64,000 nucleotides of DNA from Saccostrea cucullata (taxonomy: Eukaryota). Under the pieces are notes generated by a model. It did not search any database, was not told the origin of the DNA, and was given only the letters and a program-made list of their open reading frames with translations. The position numbers and the translations under genes were made by a program. This document shows positions 49,694-63,170 of the stretch, one piece after another (positions within the stretch are counted from its first letter, which is position 1; each line of letters opens with the position of its first letter). The stretch covers positions 1 to 64,000 of the forward strand of contig NW_026927023.1 in NCBI RefSeq assembly GCF_032062105.1. The letters are read 5' to 3'.

Positions 49694-50240
49694 ATGAGTT
49701 ATAGTCAGGATGGCCATGTAGGTTCCGACTCGGAGAGTGACCCCTATGAATCGGGGCAGGAGTCTGAGAGATCTAATCTCTCTGACGATGATAACTCTAC
49801 CCATCAAGAACCAGACCTGCAAGACAATTCTGATGTCATTTCTCTGGAGGCAGAATCTGATGGGGAGAGATTTGACCGTACAAAAGGTGAGAATTCATTT
49901 TCACTGGAAGGCAGCATGGCTGCGTATACGTACTGTCAGAAATACTTTTATCAGCATTTGACAGAAGACAGTATTAAACGCAATATTTTAGACGCAGCCC
50001 CTGTGCCTGCTACTTTCTGTACACCTCCAAAAGTTGATGATTTTGTGGAGCATTTCATAGATTATAATGCTATGAAATTTTTAAAAATGCAGGACAAAAG
50101 TCTGTCATTTATTTATCAGAAAATTGGTCAGATTATGAAGCCATTGGCTAAAATCTGGCAGGCAGTTGATGGGGCCAGGAAAGGTCAGGAGGAGAATACA
50201 GAGTTTACTGTTCTTGACATGCTTAACCTCATAGAACAAA
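49694..50240 (+). pseudogene. DIRS gag-like ORF1, 5' part
   Basis: Acidic N-terminus, PPKVDD, QDKSL...KPLAKIW; joined to RT by an internal deletion at ~50241. Confidence 0.65.
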
Positions 50241-51621
50241 CTTGGGCTGGCATCAGGTCCGAGACTTTTCACCAAGATAATGAAACCAATCATTGCGCTA
50301 TTGAGACGCATAGGAGTTCGACTTGTGATTTACTTAGACGACATATTGTTGCTAAATCAATCACAAGAAGGGCTCTTAAAAGACAGAGAAACACTTTTAT
50401 GGTTGCTTCCAAATCTAGGCTGGTTAATAAACTGGGAAAAAAAATCAGTTCTAACTCCATGTCAGCAATTAGAATTTCTGGGTCTAACAGTAAATTCAGT
50501 AGAAATGGAGATAACAATTTCTGCAACAAAAGTAGAGAGTATCAAAAGAAAATGTATCGACTTGATAAGCAAAACAGAAGTATTAATACAAGAATTGTCA
50601 AGTTTAATAGGGACACTGAATGCGACAGTCGAAGCGGTCATCCCAGCCTCACTGTATGTGAGGGAGCTTCAAATGTTCCAGACAAAATGCTTGTTAAAAG
50701 CACAAAGAAATTATCAACGAATGATAATAAACCTCCAGAGGGGAGATAAACTAGTGGCTACAGCAACTAGAACACTGGAACGGAAAACAAATTCGAATGT
50801 CGACAAATCCCGACTTGATCGTAGAAACAGATGCATCAAAAACAGGAGGGGGGGGGGCAGTATGTCTCAATCAGAACTTAAAGAGGGGGGAGGGGCTGGG
50901 ACCCCTCAGAGAAAAAGCTGCATATCAATGTATTGGAACTCAAGGCAGTACATGTACAGTTTGCAATTCAGTCACTGATCAAACACAAACAGAACATTCA
51001 TATTCACATAAAATCAGACAACACAACAGTTGTTACTTATCTGAACAAAATGGGGGGAACCAGATCAGAACTATTATTACAAATAACAAAACAAATTTGG
51101 ACTCATTGTCTATCCAAAAAGATCATGATTACTGCAGAACATTTGCCCGGAATACAGAATGTTCAAGCAGACTTGGAGAGTCGTCAGATGAGGGACAGCA
51201 GCAATTGGATGTTGAACAAGGAAATATTCAAACAAATAAATCAGAGGTGGGGGCCACTAGAAATAGATCTATTTGCAGACAGGTTGAACACACAACTGAG
51301 AAACTACATGAGCTGGCGCCCAGACCCATACTCAAAGGGAACAAATGCATTCCAGATAACATGGCACAGCAAAAGGGGATATGTTTTTCCCCCATTTTGC
51401 CTAATAATAAGGTGCCTGTCCAAAATTCTGAAAGAAAAATCAGAAATGGTCATGATAACCCCTGCATGGCAGACTCAGCCATACTATCCCTTACTTCTAC
51501 CTTGTCAATAGACCATCCAATGTTGTTACCTCCCATGAAAAACTCACTACTGTCACCAGAGGGACAGCCGCACCCACTAGTCAAAAGTCAAACCTTAAAA
51601 CTAGTGGCCTGGAAGGTTTAA
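50241..51621 (+). pseudogene. DIRS RT / RNase H / DAM-like methyltransferase (5'-deleted, frameshifted)
   Basis: GLASGPRLFTK, IYLDDIL, ETDASKTG, SDNTT, HLPG..N.QAD.ESR, IDLFA, YVFPPF. Confidence 0.88.
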
Positions 51622-51677
51622 GGAGACGAAAAACAAGCAGGAGTTTTGGAACAAACTTCCGAGCTCTTGGTTGCGGG

Positions 51678-52581
51678 ATGGCGACAAGGAACTCAGATGC
51701 ATACAACAGCTGCTGGAGACAGTGGGATAGCTGGTGTAAATCAAAACAAACTGATCCATTTCAAACCACTGTGGAGCATGTAACTGATTTTTTGGCAGAA
51801 CTATATGCTAAAGGTTATGAGTATAGAACAATTAACAATTACAGGTCTGCAATTTCTGCATTTCGTGTAGAAATTGAAGGCAACAAAATAGGGAAATATG
51901 ACCTTATCTGCCAACTTATGACAGGAATTTTTAATAAAAAACCACCAAGGCCAAGATGTACGAAGATGTGGGATGTCAACAAAGTACTTTCTTATATCAT
52001 AGGCATGAAAAGCAATAAAGAGCTGTCATTGAAGGAAATTTCAATGAAATTATGCATGATAATGGCCCTTTCCTCAGCAATCAGGTCATCTGAAATTCAC
52101 AATCTTGACTGAGAACATGAACATCACTGAGGATGAAATAGTATTTACACTGAAAGATTTAACAAAGTCAAGGAGAGTGGGTCAAAATCCAATCTCTGTC
52201 AAGTTTACAAAATATCAAGAAAACTTAAAGTTAGATGTCATTTCTTGTACAATAGAATATTTGGAAAAACCCAAAATTATTAGGGCAGAGGAAACACAGC
52301 TGTTCGTGAGTTTAATAAAACCACACAAAGCACTTAGATCCTGCACAATAGCAAAATGGTTAAAAAATATTTTGGCCCTGTCAGGAATTGATGTCTCAGT
52401 GTTCAAACCCCACTCAACAAGGGGGGCAAGTACTTCTAAGGCTAATAAGTATGGTTTATCAATTGAGCAGATTATTAGCAAGGGAAATTGGAAATCTTGT
52501 GAAACATTTAGGAAGTTCTACAATCGCACAATTGTTGATGATGATAATGACAGATTTCAAGAATATGTTTTGAAACTATAA
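51678..52581 (+). pseudogene. DIRS tyrosine recombinase (frameshift near 52108)
   Basis: YRSAIS, WDVNKVL, AIRSSEI, HSTRGASTS, GNW....F.KFY. Confidence 0.88.
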
Positions 52582-53735
52582 TGTACATGGGCTTTAAACA
52601 ATACCGTAACATCATTATACCTTACTTCAGTTTACGATATAAAATTGAAAATTTTATAAGTGCGCATTGGCGCTGAATATATATAAATGAAATGATAATC
52701 TTATGAGTAAACTGAAGTAAGGTATAACACTCCCACCCTGCCCAACCCAGTATTACAAAAAAAATGTATATATAACAAGTATAATTATTAAATATATACA
52801 TATTTGAAATCTTGTATACCATGTACATTATGTATAATAATTCTAATTAAATAAGAAATCTTTTAATAAAAAAAAAATAAAAATAAAAAAAATATGAAAA
52901 TGTGTATATTTATATACCTAAAATGAAATTGTTTGTAATGGTCGGTTGTTTGTTTTCAGAGACAAGAAGTAGCTAAGACGACGAAAACAAGTTAGAGGCA
53001 TGAGAATGCGCAGATTCAGCAGAAACACTGAAAAGTGAAATGCGGTGCCAAAAGAGATTAGACAGTCTTATTTTAAAATTATTAAATTTGTTCTTGACTT
53101 TACAACCAGATAGTTTAAATAAAAAGGAAGGGATATACACATTATCCTTATATTTATCATTAAGTTAAAATAAAATTGTTTGAATTATATCATCTATTAT
53201 CTATTTATCTGCTAGCGGAAGTCAGTCTTTGATCGCTCGCCATCGTCAGAAGGAAATGTTAATGACTTTTACATCTCGATCCCGATTACTTTAAAGGGCT
53301 TGCGAATCGAGGAAACGCGGAAGAATACATCATTATACAGTGTACCTTACTTGAGTTTACTCATAAAATTAAAATTCCATTGCGTGCGCTAAAGCGCACT
53401 TATAAAATTTTCAATTATACATTCAACTTCAATTCCTGATCATTTACTTACCTCTCAAGACAACGCTAACAAATGGTTGTTTGTGGGTACGGACGTGGAA
53501 ATGGAACTCTTTTAAACCGACATTACAAACTATATACAGGACTGATTCGGACCGTTAAAGGGTCATTAATGGTAAGCTAATATTTATTTACTAACTTCAA
53601 CATATCTATAATATATTTTAATTAGATGAGAAATCTGTAATTTTGCAATATTAATTTTCATAGCACTTTTGCACAGTAAGAAAGGGATTTTGGAAGTCAG
53701 ATTTTTACTTAGCTATTAGCATTAAAGCTAAGGTA

Positions 53736-56480
53736 TTTAGCTCTTCTGAGCAAAAGGCTCAAAGAGCTTATGCTATGGCCATTTGTGCGGTGTGCGTCGT
53801 GCGGTGTGCGTTAACTTTTTAGAAAATGGGCCATAACTCAAGAACGCCTTGGCCAATCAGTGTCAAATTTGTCACAGGCTATCCTTGGCCAAAGGGCTAC
53901 CATTTATACTAAAATAAGGGTTGGGACCCTTAAACAAGGGGAGATAATCAGGAAAACAAAACCAAAAGTACTGGTTGCTAAAAAATCTTCTCCAGAACCA
54001 CCAGGCAGATTTTCACCAAACTTACACTCAAGGATCAGAATATGTTGAAGATTAAAAATTGTTCAAGGCATGACCCTGGGGCAAAGGGCGTGGTCTCAAG
54101 GTCACTTCAAAGTTGACCTAAATTTACAATTGATAAAAACGTTTATATTTTGCTTACTATAAGGACTAAGATCATCAAAGTTGATGCATCTTAAGACTTC
54201 ACATCATGTTAAATCAAAAGTAGGTCACAGTGACCTACCTTTTTTAATTTTGCGGGCATCTGTTTTCAAATTGATTTGAAGGCATATTTTGGACACTTTA
54301 AGGCCTATGATCATCAAACTTTGTTAGTTGATGCATCTTGGGTCCTTGAACAACGTCAACTTAAAAGTAGGTCACCTTGACCTACTTTTTGAACTTTATG
54401 ACTTTTCCTTTTTAAATCATTTAACCCCATTATTGCAGACACTGAGAGGGTTAGAATCATCAAATCTTGTAAATTGCTGCATCTTGGGACCGCAAAACAT
54501 ATTTATGAAAAAGTAGGTCACTGTGACCTACTTTTTGAATTCTGCAGGCATATGTTTTCATATTGTTTAAAAGGCACATTTTGATTACCTTCAGACCTAC
54601 GAACATCAAACTTGGTCAGCAGATGCATCTTGGGACTTTGAAAAATGTTGACCAAAATGTAGGTCACGGTGACCTACTTTTGACATTTTATGGCTTTATT
54701 TAAGTATTTTCGGTATTTATTGGCTAAGAATCATCAAACTTTGTGAGTTGATGCATCTTGGGTTTTCGGAGAGTGACGACCAAAAAGTAAGTCACGGTGA
54801 CCTACTTTTGACATTTTATAGCTTTATTTAAGTATCTTCGGTATTTATTGGCTAAGAATCATCAAACTTTGTCAGTTGATGCATCTTGGATTTTCGGAGA
54901 GTGACGACCAAAAAGTAGGTCACGGTGACCTACTTTTGACATTTTATAGGTTTATTTAAGCATCTTCGGTATTGATAAGCTTAGAATCATCAAACTTTGT
55001 GAGTTGATGCATCTTGGGTTTTTGGAGAGTGACGACCAAAAAGTAGGTCACGGTGACCTACTTTTGACATTTTATGGCTTTATTTAAGGATCTCTGGTAA
55101 TTATTGGCTTAGAATCATCAAACTTTGTCAGTTGATGTATTTTGGGCTTTCGAAAATCGCCTACTTAAAATTAGGTCACAGTGACCTACTTTTAACATTT
55201 TATGGCTATAATTAAGTATATCCAGTTCTTATTGACTTGGAATAATCAAACTTTGTCAGTTGATGCATTTTGGTTTTTCCAAGAATGTAGATGAAAAAGT
55301 AGGTCAAGGTGACTTACTTTTGAATATCTCACATACTTATTGGCTTAGAATCTTCAATCTTTGTCTATTAATGCATCTTGAGTCCTCAGAAAACTTCAAT
55401 CTTAAAGTAGGTCATTGTGACCTACGTATGTTATTTTTAGCTCTACTGGTCAGAGACCAGAAGAGCTTATGCGATAGTAATGTGTCCGGCGTCCGTCCGT
55501 CCGTCTGTCTGTCTGTCTGTCCGTCTGTCTGTAAACAATTTTTCAAAATGCTACTCCTCCTACAATTTTCGTCTGATTTCAGTATTACTTGGCACACAAG
55601 TAGACTACACTAAGATACATAGAATAGTGCATCGGATTTTAATTTCTATGAACGGTGTTGCCATGGTGACTAAAAATAGAATTTTCTGTGAAATTCCTTA
55701 AAAACGCTACTCCTTCTACAGTTTTGGTCTGATTTCAATATAACTTGGCACACAAGTAGACTACACTAAGATACATAGGATAATGCATCGGTTTTTGATT
55801 TCGATGAACGGTGTTGCCATGGTTACTAAAAATAGAATTTTCTGTGAAATTCCTGAAAAATGCTACTCTTTCTACAGTTTTGGTCTGATTTCAGTATAAC
55901 ATGGCACACAAGTAGACTACACTAAGATACATAGGATAATGCATCGGTTTTTGATTTCGATGAACTGTGTTGCCATGGTTACTAAAAATAGAATTTTCTG
56001 TGAAATTCCTTTAAAACGCTACTCATTCTACAGTTTTGGTATGATTTCAATTTAACTTGGCACACAAGTAGACTACACTAAGATACATAGAATAGTGCAT
56101 CGGTTTTTGATTTCGATGAACTGTGTTACCATGGTTACTAAAAATAGAATTTTCTGTGAAATTCTTTTAAAACGCTACTCCTTCTACAGTTTTAGTTTGA
56201 TTTCAAAATAAATTGGCACACAAGTAGACTACACAAAGATACATAAAATAGTGCAATGGTTTTTGATAAGTACAAACCAGTAGAGCTACAGTCTCGACAG
56301 AGACTTCTGGTTTTTATAGCTTTATTAAAATATCTTCAGTTATAATTGGCTAAGAATCATCAAACTTTGTCAGTTGATGCAACTTGGCTCTTAAAATACT
56401 TAGGGTTAGAGGCTTCCAATAGAAGTGATAGGTTGTACAATTTATCAGAAGAGCGATTCAAGGCCCATGGGCCTCTTGTT
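53736..56480 (+). mobile_element. HINE with ~127-bp repeats, containing a nested HINE
   Basis: tttagctcttctgagc..gctcaaagagct 5' end, aagtaggtcacggtgacctactt palindromic monomers, 3' cagaagagcgattcaaggcccatgggcctcttgtt. Confidence 0.85.
55434..56312 (+). mobile_element. HINE family with 156-bp repeat, copy 3
   Basis: Same termini as copy 2; inserted in a T-run of the host HINE. Confidence 0.92.
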
Positions 56481-56789
56481 TATGATCCAAATAATATGTA
56501 CATGTACGAGGGTTGATCCAAAAGTTCGTGGAATTTCTTCATATTTTATTTATTCATAGGTAAAATTGGCTGAAATTTACAAATGAGAATATGGACACTT
56601 GTTGAATATTTTAAATTTAAAAAAAATTCAGATATTTATGATAGGAACTCTATGGTAGTTGCCATAGAAACGGTTGTTTGGAAATGCGGGGGAGACATTA
56701 ATGCGTTTATTATCATTTTAATTCTTAATACGTGAAATGAGAATAAAACCGCCCTATGTGATATATAAAAGGATCAGTGGGTACATAGA

Positions 56790-57180
56790 AGAATTCATGG
56801 ATTACCAAACGATTCTTGCTATGGTCCTCCCAAGCTTTCTGAAAGACACAAGAACAGATACATGTACATCTACTGGTTAGAATCTAGGACAACAGAATTA
56901 ATATCACTACGACAGTAAGGTATCAAATGATGGGGAAAATAGTCAAAGCCATGCTTTATACTGTGCCAAACACCAATGCTGAACGTGAACGCGTCTTCTC
57001 TACGGAGAGGAAAATACAGACAGAGACTTGTGCTAATGTTTACAATAAAACCATCTGTGCCCTACTTACCACGAAATTAACAACAACAATGTAATCTTGT
57101 GAAAACATGGAAGAACTTTAATTGCTCCAGGCAGCAAAAAGGCTTGTGAATCATATAACAAAGACTGGTTCCTAAGTAGT
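56790..57180 (+). pseudogene. Decayed hAT transposase C-terminal (dimerisation domain) fragment
   Basis: VPNTNAERERVFS.ERKIQT at ~56963-57025 resembles the hAT P.SNA..ERVFS motif. Confidence 0.55.
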
Positions 57181-58031
57181 GATTAACTCTTTGACTATTT
57201 GTGTCTTGACTGTTTTAAAATTTTGAAACCATCTTTCATTTTGTATATTCTTAATTTAATTTTAATGGTACACATTGGCGTGTCTAGAGAGAGAGAGAGA
57301 GAGGGGGGAGTTAAAATGTCGTAAGGGTGGTATCTACATTGCAATACAACAAGCTACAACAAGTTTACAATCTGCAAGGCCTTTTAGTTTCTTTAGTTAT
57401 ATTCCCTCATGGAGGCTCCGTGTTGCAGTAGCTGCTGGCACGATAAAGATCCCTTCCTGCTCAGTGACCCAAAGTGCCGAGTATAGGACACAATTTGCAG
57501 GACTACACCGGCATGAGTGAAAAACTCTCGAGAGGAACGTTAAAGAATACAATAGGTCCACGAGCCTTATAGGTCAGCTGAGTATCATGTAACAACTTCC
57601 CAACAATTGAATTAGTTCGTGTTTTAAATCAAAGGGCATGAAACTCAAAATTTTGAAAGAGGCACTATTGCGTACCTTAACTATAGACTTAGATTGCTTA
57701 CTTTAGTTACTTACTACCCAGAGGTAAATCGGAGTAAGAAAGAGAAAATGCATTTTCACTTTATAACCAGTTGTGCACCCCACCCCTACGCACTGACCCT
57801 GGAGGCACATATTTTAAAATTCTGGAAATTTTATCATAAACTTTATTTAGGAAATAAAGTCCGCGATTTCGTGAATGTTGCAGGATATCCTCCGAGGTCG
57901 AGAAATGTTTGCAAGATAAAAGCCGAGGCTTTTATATTTCACAGAGTTGTGGAAAACTTTTTCAGGTAACCAGTCATTCGGACTGGCTAGAAGACAAAAC
58001 AAGCCAGTCCGAAAACTTAAGTCGCAAGGAA

Positions 58032-59286
58032 AACCAGAAGTCTCTGTCGAGACTGAAGCTCTACTGGTTTGAACTTATAGCAAAGGAAGGGAAGAGTACT
58101 TAAGCAGCTCGGATTTGAAACTTTACAACAGCAATATATAGAATAATGATCATTGATAAAGTCTCTTTATGTTCTTAGTGTAGTCTACTTGTGTGCCAAG
58201 TTATATTGAAATCAGACCAAAACTGTAGGAGGAGTAGCATTTTGAAACAATTTTACAGACATTTCAATTTTTAGTAACCACGGCAACACGGTTCATCAAA
58301 ATTAAAATTTGATACACAGAATTATGTATCTTAGTGTATTCTACTTGTGTGCCAAGTTATATTGAAATCAGACCAAAACTGTAGGGGGAGTAGCATTTAG
58401 AAACAATTTTACAGATATTTCTATTTTTAGTAACCACGGCAACACCTTTCATCTAAATCAAAAACCGATACACAGATTTATGTATCTTAGTGTAGTCTAC
58501 TTGTGCGCCAAGTTATACTGAAATCAGACCAAAACTGTAGGAGGAGTAGCATTTTAAAAGAATTTCACAGAAATTTCTATTTTTAGTAACCACGGCAACA
58601 CCGTTCATCGAAATCAAAAACCGATACACACAATTATGTATCTTAGTGTATTCTACTTGTGTGCCAAGTTATACTGAAATCAGACCAAAACTGTAGGAGG
58701 AGTAGCATTTTGAAAGAATTTCACAGAAATTTCTATTTTTAGTAACCACGGCAACACCGTTCATCGAAATCAAAAACCGATACACAGAATTATGTATCTT
58801 AGTGTAGTCTACTTGTGTGCCAAGTTATACTGAAATCAGACCAAAATTGTAGGAGAAGTAGCATTTTGAAAGAATTTCACAGAAATTTCTATTTTTAGTA
58901 ACCGCGGCAACACCGTTCATCGAAATCAAAAACCGATATACACAATTATGTATCTTAGTGTAGTCTACTTGTGTGCCAAGTTATACTGAAATCAGACCAA
59001 AACTGTAGGAGGAGTAGCATTTTGAAAGAATTTCACAGAAATTTCTATTTTTAGTAACCACGGCAACACCGTTCATCGAAATCAAAAACCGATACACAGA
59101 ATTATGTATCTTAGTGTAGTCTACTTGTGTGCCAAGTTATATTGAAATTAGACCAAAACTGTAGGAGGAGTAGCATTTTGAAAAATTGTTTACAGACAAA
59201 CGGACAGACAGACGGACAGACGGACGGACGCCGGACGCATTACTATCGCATAAGCTCTTCTGGTCTCTGACCAGTAGAGCTAAAAA
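58032..59286 (-). mobile_element. HINE family with 156-bp repeat, copy 4
   Basis: Same termini, ~7 units. Confidence 0.92.
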
Positions 59287-59378
59287 TATCTTTTTTTTTA
59301 ATCTTCTTTTATTACTTCATAATATAACTCATTAATAGAGAAGATAGAAAAGGACACTGAGCAGTTTTAATGTAAATC

Positions 59379-62300
59379 TACTCAGTCTCCATTTCAATCT
59401 CCTCTATGATTTCTCTCAACAAGTTATCATTCGTATCTAAGTCCTGTTCCAGGTCCTCTTCTGAGTCTTCATCACTTTCTCTGTCTACCTCCTCTTCTCT
59501 TTCCGCACCTTGCCTCGCCTCTCTACTATCTCAGACTCACTCTCAACTTCATTCTCACTCTCTTTTTCACCCTCACTCTCCCTCAAAAGTTCTCTTCTGT
59601 CACTTCTGCCATTCACACTGTTCTTCTGATTGGGGTCTTTTCTTGCATCTCTTGTAAGTTGCACGGCGTCTTTGTCTTGATGAGGATACCTGAGAAAAAA
59701 TAATGAAATAAATCAATTCTTCTTGCTTAATTACAGTCATTTCTATTCATAATTCCTTCTTTATAATAACTCACCATCCATTTGTCAATAGCAGGGTTGG
59801 GGTCAAAGTTAACTATAGAAGGAACTATAGAAGGAGACCATCAAGTCATTGAGGTGGCTTTCTGTCAGACGATGCCTCCTGTCAGTTTTAATCAGTGACA
59901 GCTGATTAAAACCGGTCTCATTCATAACACTAGTTGGAGGAAGACTGTGTATCAGATCTATCAGAGCAAGGATGTTTGGCACACCACTTTCACCAAAAGC
60001 AGCATGGATATCTTGCCAAGAGGTAACCTTAAATTGCCCACCAAATCTGAAATACCCACAAATGCATGTAACAAAAATAAAATTATCTCAAAAGCATTTT
60101 ATAATCACAAAGAAAATTGTCATTTTAAACATTTTGCCATATAAATTGTTAACCAGAAGTCTCTATCGAGACTGTAGCTCTACTGGTTTGCACTTATCAA
60201 AAACCATTGCACTATTTTATGTATCTTTGTGTAGTCTACTTGTGTGCCAGCTTATTTTGAAATCAGACCAGAACTGTAGAAGTAGTAGGTTTTAAAGGAA
60301 TTTCACAAAAAATTCTATTTTTAGTAACCATGGCAACACCGTTCATCGAAATTAAAAACCGATGCACTATTCTATGTATCTTAGTGTAGTCTACTTGTGT
60401 GCCAAGTTATATTGAAATCAGACCAAAACTGTAGAAGGAGTAGTGTTTTAAACGAATTTCACAGAAAATTCTATTTTTAGTAACCATGGCAACACCGTTC
60501 ACCGAAATCAAAAACCGATGCACTATTCTATGTATCTTAGTGTAGTCTACTTGTGTGCCAAGTAATATTGAAATCAGACTAAAATTGTAGGAGGAGTAGC
60601 GTTTTGAAAAATTGTTTACAGACAGGCGGACAGACAGACAGATAGACAGACGGACGGACGCCGGACGCATTACCATCGCATAAGCTCTTCTGGTCTCTGA
60701 CCAGTAAGCTAAAAATGGTGTGCTGTACTGAAAACACATACCTTCTGTAAACAAGACATCTCAACATTTGCCACTCTTCCATAATCTCAGAGACATTTAT
60801 TTAGGCATTCTCCAGTGTATTGCTGAACCTGTTCACCAGAGTTTTCACATGATCTGATCCAAATTCTGTGGAAAGACATACATGTAAATATACTTGGGAA
60901 TATTCAATAAATAATAATAATTTATATTAATGGAAAAAATTGTTATGAAGAAATTTAACATATAACCTTGCATATCATAACATCAGCATTTTTTTTTTAA
61001 GATGATTTTTTTTTTATGAAAATAGAATTTTGTTACATGCTCAATACCCCTTTTAGGCTTACCATTTGGTCCAGCATCATTTATTGAACAAAAAGGGCTG
61101 GAAAAAAACCCAAACAAAACTTGTAAACAAAAATCAACTAAGGAGGGAAAAGAACAAGAACTTTCATACAATAACAGAACAACAAAACAACAAAAACAAT
61201 TCATTTACTTTCTTGGTTTTCAATTGGCCAGTTCTTCAAAGACCCAATAGTGGTGGCATCCAAAAGCTCCCCACTGAGGTCTTGGTATCTTTCACTGATT
61301 TTCTCTATTATCTTCTCAACTGTACTACAACTCCTTTGTTTCACATCAGATGAGCCACCTTTCAATTCATAACCTGCCCAGGACTGCTCTTGAATAATGC
61401 CTTGTAGTTTTTCACTGTTGCTAAAATTGTAAAAAAAAAAAATTCAAAATACTAACTAGGACATTTCCTTTGAAAATATTACTAACTAAATTTTAATAAA
61501 CATTATATTGAGGTTCAACTTACTTTGGATCATACTGTTTAAGATAATCCACTGTGGCCAAAATGGCAACTCTTGCATCTCCAATGGTAATGTCTTGTCT
61601 TTGCAGTGTGAGTGAAAGTCTGACAAGTGGACTAATGATCTCCTGTTCCAAAATACATCAAGGAAATTATATACAACTAAAACATAACACTTGTACATGT
61701 GTATAATAGTAACCATTTTTGAAAATTTAATAACAGTTACTTACCAATAACAAGCCTGCATATGTCATAATTGAGGATGATTCAAGCAAGCGTGCAAGCC
61801 CATTCGCCTTTGCATTCGTGTGTGATGCATCCTGCAGGTGGCGAGAAAAAGCCGGGTAAGTAGTGAATAATGTGTTCAGAGCCCTTCTCATGTGAGGTAG
61901 CCACCTTGTAGAATTTACTCGGTGAGGTAGAGTACCTATCAAGTTCAAAACCTGATTGAAGAAAAAAAATCAAGATTGTAATATGACAAAACTTTTTTTT
62001 ATTAATAATTAATAACAGATGTTCATTCACAACATACCGTAAGTTAATTTGATTTGATTTCATTTTCTTGTTAATTGTACGTGACAATATTTCATGCCAG
62101 AATAAACAACATATATACCTTCATGCATTCTTTCAAGTTTTTTCTGTTTGGAACTGTTTTTGTAAAAGTAATATAATCCAAGAAGTAGGGTGGTAAGGCG
62201 ACTGTAGAGTGGATCATTCTTAACTGCATCCTAATTCAAGTCGATGTGCCAGGCAATGAACTCCGATTATCTCCGTGAAGTCTTTCTGCAGTAGTGCAAC

Positions 62301-63170
62301 AAGGCCATTACGCTTTCCCACCATGTTGGATGCTCCATCGCACCCAAAGCCCACGAGTTTCTCCATTTGATCAGACAGTTTATTTTCATCAAGTTTATCT
62401 TTAACAAACTTTAATAGGTCAGCCGAAGTAGTAGATCTTGGCTCTCCAATACAGAGGAAATGCCAACTTATTTTCCCAGCAGAGCAAAATCTAATGAAAA
62501 GTGTCTCCTGCTCAGCAGTAACATTGTCAGTGGTTCCGTCCATAGTTAAAGAAAAAAACTTCGTACCTTTAATCTGTGATAACATTTCTTCCTTCAAAGT
62601 GTCAGAAATACACTCTATGAATGCTGTAGCTGCCCATCTATTGTTGTAAGTTGAGCCATGTTGCATTCCGTTTGCCTCATCAAGGGAATTCATTCAAGCA
62701 AAATCGGAAATACTTCGGTTATGTTTAATTATTGCGTGGATGTTACGAAACTTTTGTTCTATCATATTTCTAATGGATTGATTCATGGTTAGTAATGTTT
62801 TCTGGCCAACAGATTGTCGATTTTCCTCCGCATCCCTTTCTGCTCGTAATATTTCCATGGATCTTCGATGGAGAGCAGAATTTTCATGGTCAGAGATAGT
62901 AGAGTATCAGAAATTAGTAGAACCGACCAGAAAATTTTGTTCACGGTTCTTTGGCACGATGGTACTGTTATTGTTATTGTCAATGCAGATACTGCACGTC
63001 ATTTTTTCACCGTCGTAGTTTAGCCATTCCCGCCCCTCTGTCCAACTGTGTTTAAATTCCCTCTTCCGAGATCGTTCATATCTAGTTTTGCTTTTATCTT
63101 TGGTTTTACGTTTTTTACCTGGTATTGCGCCAGTACCAAACTTAATTGGCCACGAACTTGACGAAGCCAT
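59379..63170 (-). pseudogene. Multi-exon hAT transposase pseudogene
   Basis: TTF-like W....EWL...MTCSIC, FSLTMDGTTD, CDGASNMVG, HCLAHRLEL, TRWLPH, LPPTSV..ETGFNQLSLIKTDRR; frameshifts and stops. Confidence 0.85.
60151..60715 (-). mobile_element. HINE family with 156-bp repeat, copy 5 (in a hAT intron)
   Basis: Same termini, ~3 units. Confidence 0.9.

Larger units (their letters stand above)
38582..53416 (+). mobile_element. DIRS1-like retrotransposon expanded by nested insertions
   Basis: ITRs 38608-38679 / 53267-53338 (71/72 match); internal complementary region 52610-52724 pairs with both outer ends; AATT core at both ends; gag, RT/RH/MT and YR ORFs. Confidence 0.9.

Noticed and set aside
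49679-50749. 356-aa ORF taken as a novel protein
   Set aside because: Deletion chimera of gag with the alternative frame overlapping RT
53900-55430. Regularly spaced palindromic repeats resembling a CRISPR array
   Set aside because: The spacers are homologous to each other, there are no cas genes, and the context is a eukaryotic HINE
56505-56760. Mariner-like end (ta cgagggttgatccaaaagt)
   Set aside because: No matching second TIR or transposase found
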